From Dicyema japonicum (lineage: Eukaryota; Animalia; Dicyemida), in the NCBI GenBank assembly GCA_011109175.1, contig RDEW01000038.1, positions 7,616-71,615 of the forward strand: a stretch of 64,000 nt of DNA, in the 5' to 3' direction. Both the position numbers and the translations under genes were made by a program. Shown here one piece after another: positions 11,530 to 23,347 of this stretch. Every line of letters begins with the position of its first letter. Position 1 is the first letter of the stretch. The notes below the pieces were generated by a model that was given only the letters and a program-made list of their open reading frames with translations, searched no databases and was not told the origin of the DNA.

Positions 11530-11900
11530 AAAAACCCACTTAAACCCTTGTTTTGCAGTGTGCTGCGGATTTTTCTAACGAATCGATGAAGCCATCTCGC
11601 TTATTAGAACACGAAAAACGCAAGCATCCTCAATCACTAGGAAAAGATATTGAATTTTTTATAAATCTAAACCAAAAAATATAACAAAAGGATAAAACTA
11701 CCTTCATCAATAAAAACCTACAAGCCCTCAAACTGTTAAGGGTTTTTGTATTCAGTTGCAAAAATTATCGCCAATTCTGGTTTTTATTTTAACTTATATA
11801 TGCAATCCGATTACTGAGAGTTGTGCTTCCCTGTGTAGAATTGTTAATAAAAACCTACAAAATTTGAATGATATAAAAAATTTTACGATTTAATTTATTG
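11530..11900 (+). mobile_element. hAT (Buster-like) transposase N-terminal remnant
   Basis: SNESMKPSRLLEHEKRKHP...KDIEFF, the BED-finger region typical of Buster/ZBED5. Confidence 0.7.
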
Positions 11901-13015
11901 GAATTTATTTACTCATTGTTGGAGAGTAATAAATATGAAAAATAGTTAGAAACAATAATGTTGTCGTGACTTTTTTCCATTGAAAATTCAAGATTCCATT
12001 AAAAATTGTGATTCGCATTGATAAAAAATAATGAATCAATTAAAAAATAATAAACTTTGATAGAGAAGAGTTATTTAAATCTTAAATATTTTTCACTATG
12101 TTGAATAATTAATATTCTGTGTATAAAAAAACTAAGAAAACTCTGGAGAGTGTCCCTTGAGGCAGTCCAGCCAAATCCTCTTGTGCAATCTACAGTGCAA
12201 GGGGATAATAGTAAACAGTCGGAGAGAATCTTCGCTAGGGACGGAATCGAAGATACGTGATAAATGTTGTTATTCTTATTCTGATAATAAAAGTTAGGAT
12301 CAATTAAGATTATCGGCTTATCGCTAGATTAGTGGGAGCGATAAATCAAATTAATTTGTTTTAAAGAATTAACTAAAATGAATTGAAAGAGCCTGTCTCA
12401 GTTAATTCGTCTCCTTTTCAACCAACCCCACCCACACTTTCAGTTTTTGTAGTAAATTGTCTGGACCGCCCGTGGCTGAGTTTTAATCATTTCGTTCAGA
12501 CCCCCGGACAACAGCATCCTTCGATACACACAAACATCAATATCAGTTTCCAGTGAACCGTCAAGTGGACCAATAAATATATTCTTCTACTCGCATACTC
12601 CAATAGTCTTCTTGATGGTCTGACCCGTAAAGAGTGATCCACTTTGAGTTTACTTTGATGGTGCTTATAGAACTCGCCCAGAGACCATCTCATGTTGATA
12701 CTAGCAGAGCGACACTTTAGTAGAGTCAATTGATGGACTGACATAAATACCGCCAGCCACCATATGTTAGCGATAATCATTATCTTCTGTTATCTCGTGT
12801 GAGGCCATCTAATGATCAATAAAGATGTCACATAAAATAGAAAAGATAAGTTTAACAATTAACAATGTCAATTTTTTTAATTTATTAGTTGTTTAAAATT
12901 TAAACAAACGTGAATAAGTTTCACTACAAAAAATTATATTAAAAATAAATTTTTAAAATTTGAATTATAAAATTTAATAAGATTTTGGATATTTATAAAT
13001 ATAATACTATTTAAA

Positions 13016-14964
13016 ATGATGAAGCAGTCTACAATTCTCGAAGTAGAAGACGAAAATAGTGAATTTGTTGATTTTGTTGAGCAAAACTCAATAAATCAAA
13101 CGGAATTTGATCCTCTGGTCGTATCATTGATTGAAGAACGTGATCGAATGCATGATATTATAAATCAACTCAAAGATAGCAATTTATCCTTTGTGGACGA
13201 AGTTGACAGGCTCAAATCTATTATTGACGAACTGAGGTCACAGTTGTATACCAAAATGGAAGGAAATGAGGATTTTTCGACCCTCAAAATGGAATTCATC
13301 CAACTCAGAATTGACAACAACATGCTTTCTAAGGAAAATGAATTCCTTGTGGCGGAACGGAGGAATATGAAGGTTCATTTTCCTAACATTCCAGGTTGTC
13401 CTCAGTCACATTGAATCTTATTTATTTTCTGAGAATGCCTCAAACAGTCCTGCACTGGACTTAGTTAATGCAATGAATACCCTTTTTGACGAGGAAAGGA
13501 ACTCTTCAGATTATCTTATGCGAGCTAAACTTGCGGAGGCCAAGAATACTGAATTGAAGAGGGAAATTGAGATGCTTAATCATGAGGTGAGTTTGTTAAT
13601 TAATCTAAGATGTTTTCACTGAGGGAAGACATGGTTATGATGGGGGATCATGAAGACACCAATGTGCTTAATTTGGAGAAGCAGCTTGAACAGGTGTTAA
13701 GTATATACACCATAGGCGCGCAAAATGGAAGCACATTTGCGGAAAAGGTGTGTTCAACTATCCAATAAGGTTACTGGACTCGAACAGATGCATCTAGCGG
13801 AAAGTCAACAGGAGGCTGACAAGGAGTGTTCATCTTCAGTCAGCAGCTATGAGGTCGTTCCTGTATTCCATGAGGATCGGCATAAAAAGTCATTAAAGTT
13901 TTATTTTTTAATCAACAGACATTCTATGTCATTCGGTCTTTTACGTAAAAGTGTAAGAAAGAAGTTTTCGTCTCTTCTGCGTGGTGTTTCAACAACACAG
14001 AAATATTCGCCCTCAACTATACTCGAATCTCCCAATTTCGAAAATAAGAGTCGCATTAATGAGAGGTACTCTCCTCTATATTTTAGTTATAAATCGGTGA
14101 GGACAGCCATAAAGGAACGAACGTGCCTTTCGAAATGGAATTCAGATCTTGTTTTCATTTGGCTGAAGGTTATGCTTTATTCTCTACTAAAGAATTGGGT
14201 AGGCCTTTCTCCTGCTTTGTTGTCTCTCATTTCCAAGATGAAGGTGGATGGTGAATATTTGTGCAGCATCGACGACACCAAACTGTCCCAAATATTGGAA
14301 ATAAACAATTTATTTCACAGACTTAAAATTATTAAGGCTGTGGAAGAACTTAGAAGTTACTTGAATTCCAGAGTTGAGACTCCCTCGGTACAAATAGTTT
14401 AAGGATTTGCAGAATTCTCTTGAGGGGCTGTTGAATCATAAGTGGATTTCTGAATTTTGGCTCAAAAATGTTGGACTGACTCAGTATTTGTCAGTCTTTC
14501 AACGTAATTTGATTGATGGACGAATGCTGTGCTCAATAAAAGAGGACCAGAATTTGTTTTCTGAATTACGAATAGATAGTGTCCTCCATCAGTTTTGTGT
14601 GCTTATATTTTAGGCGTTCTTTGTATTATTCCATTTTATTGATGGAGCAGTTAGACTTTTCGAGGTATAAATTGGAGAAGGTTTACTCGCGTTCTTACAA
14701 ATCCTCTCCTTTAGAGTTTTGGGGTGCGGATTCCTTTGCCCTTTGGCTGAAAAATGAAGGATTCGTCAAATCTTTATTATCTCTTAATCAGAGAGGACTT
14801 AATGGTGCATTTGTTTACAACGATGATAAACCCATCTTTGACTATATATGCACTATTTTGAAAATCGACCAAAGCACAGTAATATATTATGTTATCCATA
14901 GGATGCTTCACAAAAGTTGAAAATTGCGCTTACTGTTGTAAAGAGTAATAATGGTCTTAAATGA
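13016..14964 (+). CDS. Kazrin/liprin-family protein (coiled coil + three SAM domains), 9 introns of 21-25 nt
   Basis: The N-terminus is coiled coil. SAM1 is LSKWNSDLVFIWLK...HRLKIIKAVEEL. SAM2 is HKWISEFWLKNVGLTQYLSVFQRNLIDGRML, close to kazrin/liprin. SAM3 is PLEFW...LWLKNEG. The spliced frame ends at TGA 14962-14964. Confidence 0.88.
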
Positions 14965-15199
14965 AATTATCATTTTATATTCTTTTTGTAAATTTTCCGC
15001 TTTATTGTGTCTTTTTTTCAAGATTTAATTACCGAACCATGTTTATTTTATAACACATAAACTTTAAATAATTAGTCAAATAGTCCCCGCCGACATAATT
15101 GACGTGGCCTTTAAAATGGTAACTGAGTTAACTGGAGAAGACACTGTTCTTACGTACGTCGTGGTTTTTGAGTATAGCCTGACGTCCCAGTTTCTTGAG

Positions 15200-15950
15200 A
15201 AAACGAAGCGATTTCCTACTTATTTCTCCAGTTGTCTCAACCACGATGGTCCGCAACGTAAATTGGTATAGAAGCTCTTTGTGTTTCTTGACCTTCTCAA
15301 TACAGAGTGTCTACCGCGCTCCCGACAATGTTGGAAGGACAAAGGTAGTCGATGCACGTAGTATTTCATACCATATATGGAGGGGTATCTAGCAAACGCA
15401 CGTTCCACAATTCCTTATGTCTTGGGACTCTTCCTGCCCTTTATCAGCATGATGTCCATAACCCGAAAGAGCTAGTGAATTGGGTGAAAGTGTACCTAGA
15501 AACTCGGAGGAGTCCCAAGGGATCAATATTGATCCCTTATCGGCGATTTCCCGTCTCTAAGGTCATACGCAGACGACGTACTACTCTCTGAACTACTGAA
15601 GGAGACTCAATGTATATATGGAAGAGATAAAAGACCGGTGCGGTCTCTAAGGATTAAAGGTGTAAGAAGAAAAATCTAGTGCAATCAATACTGTGAAATC
15701 CCTGAAGTATCTCGGAACAACTTTTGAGGAAACTGGGAGTACGTTATACAACTTTAAACTCCGAAGGAAAAAAGCAAACCATGCGATCTTATGAATGAGA
15801 AAATTACGTAAGATCATTCCATCGCTCCTCTATAGGCTTGAAGGGTGGTATGCACTACATAAAAGGAGCGTTTTATCTTGTTTCTTGAAAAATCGAAAAG
15901 AGCAGGGATCAAGATTGCCCTGCATAAACGGCTCGACGAGACTTTATATG
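15200..15950. mobile_element. Juxtaposed LINE remnants (RTE on - at about 15200-15400; RT on + at about 15400-15950)
   Basis: Plus strand has GVP(Q)GSIL, SYADDVLL and KSLKYLG. The minus segment resembles the RTE at about 6180. Confidence 0.6.
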
Positions 15951-17249
15951 AAGACTAAGTTTTGCTATTAGTGTCGATCAGGGAGTTAACAGAGAAAAGG
16001 GTGACAAACTTCCTGAAAAGAGATACTATCCTTGACTCGCATGTCGCACCACGGAATGAACCATAAGAGGGGTCTGAGGTCCAGAGGAGAGTCTAGGCTA
16101 TGTCAGAACCTCTGGTAAAAGCCTCAAAATAATACCCTCTTTACTTTTCTTTGTTAATAAAGTTTGTTAAAATTGAGAGATGTCCATAACAGTCAACGGT
16201 AGCACCACATCAGCACTTGTAAGTCTGAGGTATCTCCAGTCCTGATGGAAATACCGATGTGGATAGTGTCGTCGTCAAGGTGGGTCCCAACGCTTCTAAA
16301 CGCGAGGGTATTGATTCAAGAGCCACATACACATCGGTGTTGGTTTGATTTTTTTAGAAGCCTCTCTTTATTTTCGCAGATGGATCCATAAAGGTCTCTA
16401 CTTTGGCAGCTTGACTTCCAGATACAATAATTAAACTTTTAATTGAAAGTTTTAAATTTCCAGATTTTAATCTATGAAAATCCTCTCGAATTCGCCATCT
16501 CTTGAATTCGCTATTCAATGCTCCAAGTATATTTTTCTCTAACAAAATTTTTGAATCTGTCATTGTCTCGGATCCACCATATTTTTCAAAAAACATAAAT
16601 TTTTATTAAAAATATTTAGTTAGTTCTTGTAATGAAACAAAGTTGTAAAAGATAAAAAATTTCTGAAAAAATCAAATCATAAAATTTATTCAACTTAATG
16701 ACAGAATATAAATCTTTCAGAAAGATTTTAAAACAATTTCTCGTCGTTTCATTAACGATTTAAAAAAATATAAACAACTTATCTGATCTAACACGTGATA
16801 ACACGTGCTGAATTCCTTTATTTAGAGTTTTCAGTATAGAAAGTGATGTTCGATCATAAATTGACTTTATTGAATCCAAAAATTTTATATAAGGTTTTCC
16901 GATCATTAGCGTCACTTTCTAATCATTAACATTGGGGTAAGGGTAAATATATTTTTTGGATAAAAGAAAATCTTAAAACTCATAATGAGGTCGGATTTTC
17001 TGTATCCTTCAACCAAGACGTGAAAGAGTTGTTTCAGGAAGTTCCGCCTACATCCTTGTTGTGACCATCAGAACCAGAATTATGTCAGTCGACTAATTTT
17101 TCTTGAATCCTTAAAAAATATTTGTTTAATAAGAAGGAATCTTTATTTTTGATAATGCCCCATTTTACGGGGATTAAAGAATTGAATGAAATAGCAAACC
17201 TCCTTGTTCTATATTTACCCCCCTTACTCTTCACGTCCTTTTGTAGACG

Positions 17250-17530
17250 ATCCGGTTCCACAGTGAGATGTTCATAGTGGTTTCTCCTGGTGGAAGGTTC
17301 CACACATCTACGATGCAGAAAGGGTTTGACGAGTGACGCCGTCATCAGTGGATACTCACTGCGGAACTGGATTGACTAGAAAGGACACTCACACAAGAAA
17401 AAGAATAATAGAAGTGAAGATCATTCCTTGGTTCTACGATTAGTTAAAATTAACTGTTCTTTACTTAATTAAAGTGTGTGTCCTTCCTATGCGGAGCTAT
17501 AAATACTATGGCTCTCGTGAAAAGGCTTTA
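17250..17530 (+). mobile_element. tRNA-derived SINE, copy
   Basis: cacatctacgatgc...gacgccgtcatcagtg...cactgcggaactggatt...ttagttaaaattaactgttc is shared with the other copies. Confidence 0.65.
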
Positions 17531-17829
17531 TTATTATCACAATGAGTCATTAAATTAAATTTAAATTAAATGTGAGTCATTAACTTGAAAATATAACTAT
17601 TCTGGAACTTATTATATCTAGACTAATTAAATTTTTCACGTGTTTTTGCTTAAGCCCTTAGCGATTATTTTTTTCCTTGCACTGTCTTTTCTCACGCTTG
17701 CGTCAAGGGAAATGGTCTCAAGAGTTATTTTAAGGACAGTTGCTAGTATAATTATTATTTTATAGAAAAAAACAAGTTTTCTCATTTGCAGAATTCGTTT
17801 ATTAAAAAAACAGCACTTCCGATAAAGAG

Positions 17830-18150
17830 TAATTAGTTAAAATTAACTGTTCTTTACTTAAATAAAGTGTGTGTCCTGCCTATGAGGAGCTATAGATATT
17901 ATGGCTCTCGTGAAAAGGCTATTAAAAAAAAGATCAGTAATTTTAATATCCAAAACGTTGAAAGTCTTCTTGACTTCTCGCTCCTTTCTTTTTGTTTGTG
18001 TGTGAGTCCAATAAGATAATTCAGTTCCGCGTTGATGAAACACTCATAACGGCGTCACCTGTCAATCCCAAAGCATCGCTGATGCGTGGAATCTTCGACC
18101 GAATGGACAGCAGCGAGCTTCGAACCGGGGACCTCATGAGTTTGATCCGG
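17830..18150. mobile_element. tRNA-derived SINE with the 3' part inverted relative to the 5' part
   Basis: 17830-17915 repeats 17443-17530 directly. 17935-18150 is the 5' half on the minus strand, with B box GGTTCGAAGC at 18117-18126. Confidence 0.6.
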
Positions 18151-18179
18151 AAATTATTAAAAAAACCATTCGTTTATTA

Positions 18180-18540
18180 ACCGATGTACTAATCTCATCC
18201 GGCGTTTTCTATTCCTCTCCTTAGTCCTTAGTGCATCTAGATCGGTCTTCACAGAAGCCATCGATTTTATAGCGATTAAAGTACGCATCCATAGAATCAT
18301 TTTCCAGAACATCAAAATCAAACAGTAGAATGTAACCAAACAATTTCCACCTTCCCACTTTTATATCTGTAGATAATTTTTGGTTTGTATATGGATAGAC
18401 ATTTCTGTCCACTTCCAACCGCTTCAAGTGCTCTCTGTGGAATTTAGTCACAATACGATCCCATATCATAAGAAATAACACGGACATTACACCGATGCAT
18501 TATCCCCAATTCGTTTGCGAGAAAGCGTACTTCCGTTTCT
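18180..18540 (-). mobile_element. RTE LINE 3' remnant
   Basis: GRWKLFGYILL, an RTE C-terminal motif. Confidence 0.75.
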
Positions 18541-18899
18541 TTTCTACCTCCACTATTTGCTTGGTTAATCATGCTCACTTATATGATATTTATATTCCTC
18601 GATGACATCATAAAACACAATATATTGCTTATTTTGTTGTACAGCAACACAAATGTCCACCTTTATCAAAACTTTTACATTATCAACAATAGACTGCACT
18701 TTATGAATCTACAACTTTATGGAATGTTATATCCCATACTTGCTGCAAAAAAGTAGGTGGATATACCTCACAACTTTATTATACATCCGTACGTAGTTGT
18801 GGTTCAGTATACAGCCGCACGAAGAGGCTGAAGTTTTTATATTTTGCTTATTCATTCTGTAATTGAATTTCTTGATGTGACCAAAAGTAAACTCTAATT

Positions 18900-19680
18900 G
18901 TATGGTGAACGTATATATTGTCGATGAGACGGGGATTTTTTATATAAAAAAGTTCTATCAAAGACTATGCAGGTTCAATAATAAACCGAGTAACAAATGT
19001 TGAAGATTAATTAATTTAATTTAACCCAGGATACACCGAAAAAGAAATTAAAAGTAAACAACTAGTCAGTGTATCGTTTCCACTTCCATCCGGAATTAGC
19101 ATAAAGGGTAAAAGACGTCCATTACTTGTAGTTATGGAAACTCCTCCAGTGGAGTGGGGAAGAGCAAATGATCCTTTGCGTGCCACCCTGGCGCTGGCGC
19201 TAATATGAATGTGACAGATAAACTTGATTCTTTTATAATTAAAAAAAATTAAAATCCAAGATCTTTGAAAAAAATTCGTCAAACAATTATGTATCATTTA
19301 TCTTATCCCGACAAGGATCTTAAGATGATTGGAAATAGAAATCTAATTTACAGACGACCTACGGTTGCATGCAGTGGAGAGAGCCCGCTGGAGACGTCTG
19401 ATGAAGAAGATCTTAAATCGTTTGGCGCAAACGGGATCTTAATTAATATATTATTTTTGGTTCTGTGAACGTGAGTTTAATAATGAAAATAATTATGTAC
19501 CAGACAGAAATTCCACAAAAGCATGGATGGAGTTTACAGCAAACGAAAAATTTTATCCACAAAATCTGCGTTGAATAAAACCATATCGAAATGATTTTTG
19601 CATGCGAATGCAGGGTCACTTTTACAGTCAATGGATCATGGAGTGATTAAAGTTGTCAAGTTTCAAAACTTGAGGTTTAT
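18900..19680 (+). mobile_element. pogo/Tigger transposase remnants, interrupted by other inserts
   Basis: VDETGIFY at about 18920 and LQSMDHGVIKVVKF at about 19620 are DDE_1 motifs. Confidence 0.65.
19313..19484 (+). mobile_element. RTE 3'-end stub (family also at 22178-22758 and about 59640-59914)
   Basis: Shared aaggatcttaa...ttgg, cgctggagacg and ttggttctgtgaacgtg..tttaataat tail. Confidence 0.8.
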
Positions 19681-20666
19681 TGACATTTTTTAATGAAGGC
19701 GGTAAGGATCCTTATATTTCATATTTTTTTACTAAGAATTTTTTTTCATTTTTATTATCAAAATTTGGATCAGAGAATGAGCCTGACTCTAACACAATTA
19801 TTTTAATAGTCTTTTCTAAACAACTCCCTCGTAGGAATTAAACACATGCTGAAATATGCCAATAATAATGCTTTCCTAAAATACACACAGTTGTTATTCT
19901 CGTCAAACAGATCCCGTCTGTGAGGCGACGAGTCTTTCTAGCACACAGTTGTTGTAAAGGGATCTTCTTACCTTTCGCCTGACCAACTCCATTGGTAAAG
20001 ATTACTATTATGAAGACTCTTCCGCCTAAGAATGAAGTGATGTCCGTGGCGGTGGAACATGTGATGAAAATGAAGAGGGCGGACCCACTTCACTTCTTTT
20101 CTGAAACGGAAGTCTGTAATGGACTATTAGAGGGTGGATTTGGTTGCACAAGCAGACGTTTCCATCAGGTTCCTTCTTTGGAATTATTAGTTGTGACTGT
20201 TTGTGCAGGGTTTACCAAAGATTGTTAGCCTGGGGTCAATGAATAAAAAAAATAGTCGCTGAATTAGTGATGATGTCTAATACCACTTTAATCGGCACAG
20301 GCACACATAACATTTTCAAACCTTTTCAACATATTCAACAAAACTCAGTGTCTTGGGGCCAGGACTTTCGATGGCTAAACTGAGAATGGCTTTTCCTTTC
20401 AAAGTCTTAAGCAGCACAAACCCATATCACGCGCATGTGGTGTTTTGAGAATTTGTCTTATCTCCTCGGTTTTACTTATACTTTTTGGAATTTTTTTCAT
20501 TTTCATTTCCGGTATGCACAGAAGAAACTTAAGAGGAGGTGACTCATCCCAATTATCAAAGGAAGCTTATTCAAGGGCCCCTATCCACAGTAAAATATTT
20601 ATCGTTATGATAACTAATCTGGAAAAGTGTTACCCAAATCTAATCGGAATAGTAATACAATCTCAG

Positions 20667-22063
20667 TTATTGTTCTTTATTATATCGTGTTAAATACATA
20701 AAAATAAGAGCAACAATTAGAAGGATCCCAGAGAGTATAAAGAAAATCAACCCCGGATGTACTTTAAGCGTCGCCGCATAGATTGAGAGGGAGGAGGGTT
20801 CAATTATCAAAGCTATTATATTTTCACATTGAAAAATGCATGTAAACAGTCGTCCTATAATAACTGAATTGACTACCATTTTGGTCTTCCCTGACGAAGG
20901 TATTCATTATTGACTTTAGATTCGCCAATACGAGCACAAAACAAGAAATGAAGATGCCACCTACCATCCATTAATCTGAAATCATACCAATAAATATCAT
21001 TGCGTTAGATTGTGCAAAGCCAAATATCAAATATCCAAGTGAGTTAAGCAATAGTGCAGTAGCCGATAGTTTATTAACATTAATCAGTTTTTTGCTATAT
21101 AGGTACGCGCCAATAAATCCAAATAAAGCTCCAGCGAGTCCAAAATCCAAATTTAGGAGGGAGTAGTACAAATTACCCATAAGAAAGGGTTCTCCACTTG
21201 CGAAAAAATAATTCGTAGTTATAAAACCTGATAAGGTCAAGCAAGACTACTTGTAAAGGAAATGAATATCACTGAGTACAGAATGAAGTACACTATCAGA
21301 ATTTTTTTATTTCTGTTGGATTTAAAAATTTCTGTGATGGAGCTAAATGTAAAGGATAATTGTACATCATTTGAGATATTGGAGATGATTTAATGGGCTC
21401 TGGAGAATCAGCAATGAGACAAAGAGAGTAAAGAAGACAAAAAAATGACATTCCCAGTGCAATAATCTGAATTACCATGAAGAGACCTTTGTCGGCCAAA
21501 AAACCAGCAAGAATGCTTCCGATAATGAAACCTAAAGTGCACAATATCTCGGCTAAAATAGTTCTCTGCACCATAGAACTTTCTTTTGTTGTTTTAAAAA
21601 TAAAAGTGAACGCAGTCATAATGAAAACGGCTTCTCCACCTAAAAGGGATTTTATGGTCGCAGCCAAATATAAATACTCGATAGACAACTTCATATGGAA
21701 CATAATAATGAGTGTGACCATTCCGAAAGAATAGCTGAGAATCGACAAAACTAACGCCTTCTTAAATTTTCCGTGGTCAATCTGAGCCCCGTAAAAGAAT
21801 CCTTCAATAAAGGGCAAAATCAAAGAAAGAGCTGAATACAATGCAATTATCTTGGTTGATTCTTGTTGAACAGCATATCTTTTCTGAGAAGTAACTTCAT
21901 CCATCATTGAAGAAAGTCTCAGAAATGAACAATTGGTGTACATATCCTTACATTTCGCATCATACACCATCGACCGAAGTAATAGCTGTTCCAAAGCAAT
22001 TAAAAATATTATTGCAAATAAAACGGGCTCAGTAAATTTGATAAATTCAAACTTTATCACCAT
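20667..22063 (-). CDS. MFS transporter, SLC46 (PCFT/HCP1)-like; 3' end unresolved
   Basis: Multiple transmembrane helices, N-terminal EPVLF motif and LLGGEAVFIMTAFTFI...RTILAE. 23-nt introns join ORFs 21296-22063, 20971-21240 and 20667-20879. Confidence 0.8.
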
Positions 22064-22177
22064 AATGACTCAATTGTTCAAAATTTATTATTTTATTGTT
22101 TATGTCACATTTTTTAAAATTACATTAAATTAAATTTATATTCAAAGAAATATACGTAAAATTATAATGGTTTCTCA

Positions 22178-22758
22178 AAGGATCTTAAGATGATTGGAAA
22201 AAAATTCGAAAGTGTAAACGACCTAGAAAACAGCTTAGAGTGCTATTTGGGATGCAGTGGCCTCTTAAGTGCTGGAATTTATAAAAAATGCAAGACTAGG
22301 CCTCTATATCTGGACATCACTGACACCCGGTAGAGACTGTTTTGACACATTCTGCGTATTGATCTCCCTGCCCCAGAGAATGGGGCGATGGAGGGTCACT
22401 TCATCGTCGAGGGGAAATGCTTCCGTGGCCGACCAAGGATAACACTCATTATCATACTGCACAAAGATTCCCAAAAAGTGAGGAAATGCTTAAAGACGGG
22501 AGACGATCTGGAAGAGTTAAGATCGATTGCGTGTAACCGTGGAGGATGGAAAAGGCTAACTAGTAACATTATTTCTTGTGTTGCACAAGCTTTGCTATAA
22601 CCAAGGCGATAAGTGGCTATAATAAAAAGACCTACGCTCGCATCCAGTGGACAGAGCCCGCTGGAGACGTATGGTGGAGAGGATCTTAGATAATGTGGCA
22701 AAAACGGCACCTTAGTTAATATAACATTCATTGGTTCTGTGAACGTGCGTTTAATAAT
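22178..22758 (+). mobile_element. RTE 3' stub split by a second RTE 3' insertion (22226-22628)
   Basis: gaccta is duplicated at 22220-22225 and 22629-22634. The insert encodes RGRPRITL...DDLEELRSIACNRGGWKRL and ends in an A-rich tail. Confidence 0.7.
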
Positions 22759-23347
22759 ATTAGTGGGTCGATTTAACAGCTAGATAATCGACGATTTTTT
22801 CTGACCACCAATGACTCTGAGAGACATTGAGACGCTCAACGCCCTTAGCTTGGCATTTGACGACAGCCCCCCTCCCACATGTTACTGAGTTCGGGGTAAC
22901 TAACGAGCAATGTCATGCCACGACGTAGGTGGGTCGGGCAGATAACCAAGGAAATGTAAAATATAAAGAATAAATTTAATCTTCGATTCAATCAAATAAT
23001 TTGTTTTAGTTAACATAATTCTAACTAATTATCCTTTTCGACATAATTGATGTTGCGTTGCCTCTCACGATAGCAACGGAGATCAAGTGACCACTAAAAA
23101 TGTAAAAAGGTCTATACACCATGAATATGGTTTTTAAGTCAGTTCTAGTAACCCGGAAATACAAATGTATGACATCATGAACTAATTTTAATAACTTTGA
23201 GTGCCAAGAAACTAAAAATTGCATGACGTCATACAATTTTACCAATCACCGGGTCAACGCAAAAATACTAATATACTCATTTTTTACTAATATAATAATA
23301 TACTCAGTTTGATTGCCAAGAGAATAAAAAGTCTATGTATTTATGAG

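Noticed and set aside
16240-16340. CTGATGG plus the accgatgtg/cacatcggt stem as a hammerhead ribozyme
   Set aside because: The core is CTGATGG, not CTGANGA, and there is no properly placed GAAA or stem II.
20445-20693. Plus-strand hydrophobic ORF, and the many other 60-130 aa antisense ORFs
   Set aside because: They lie opposite or adjacent to identified genes or TE ORFs and are best explained as shadow frames.
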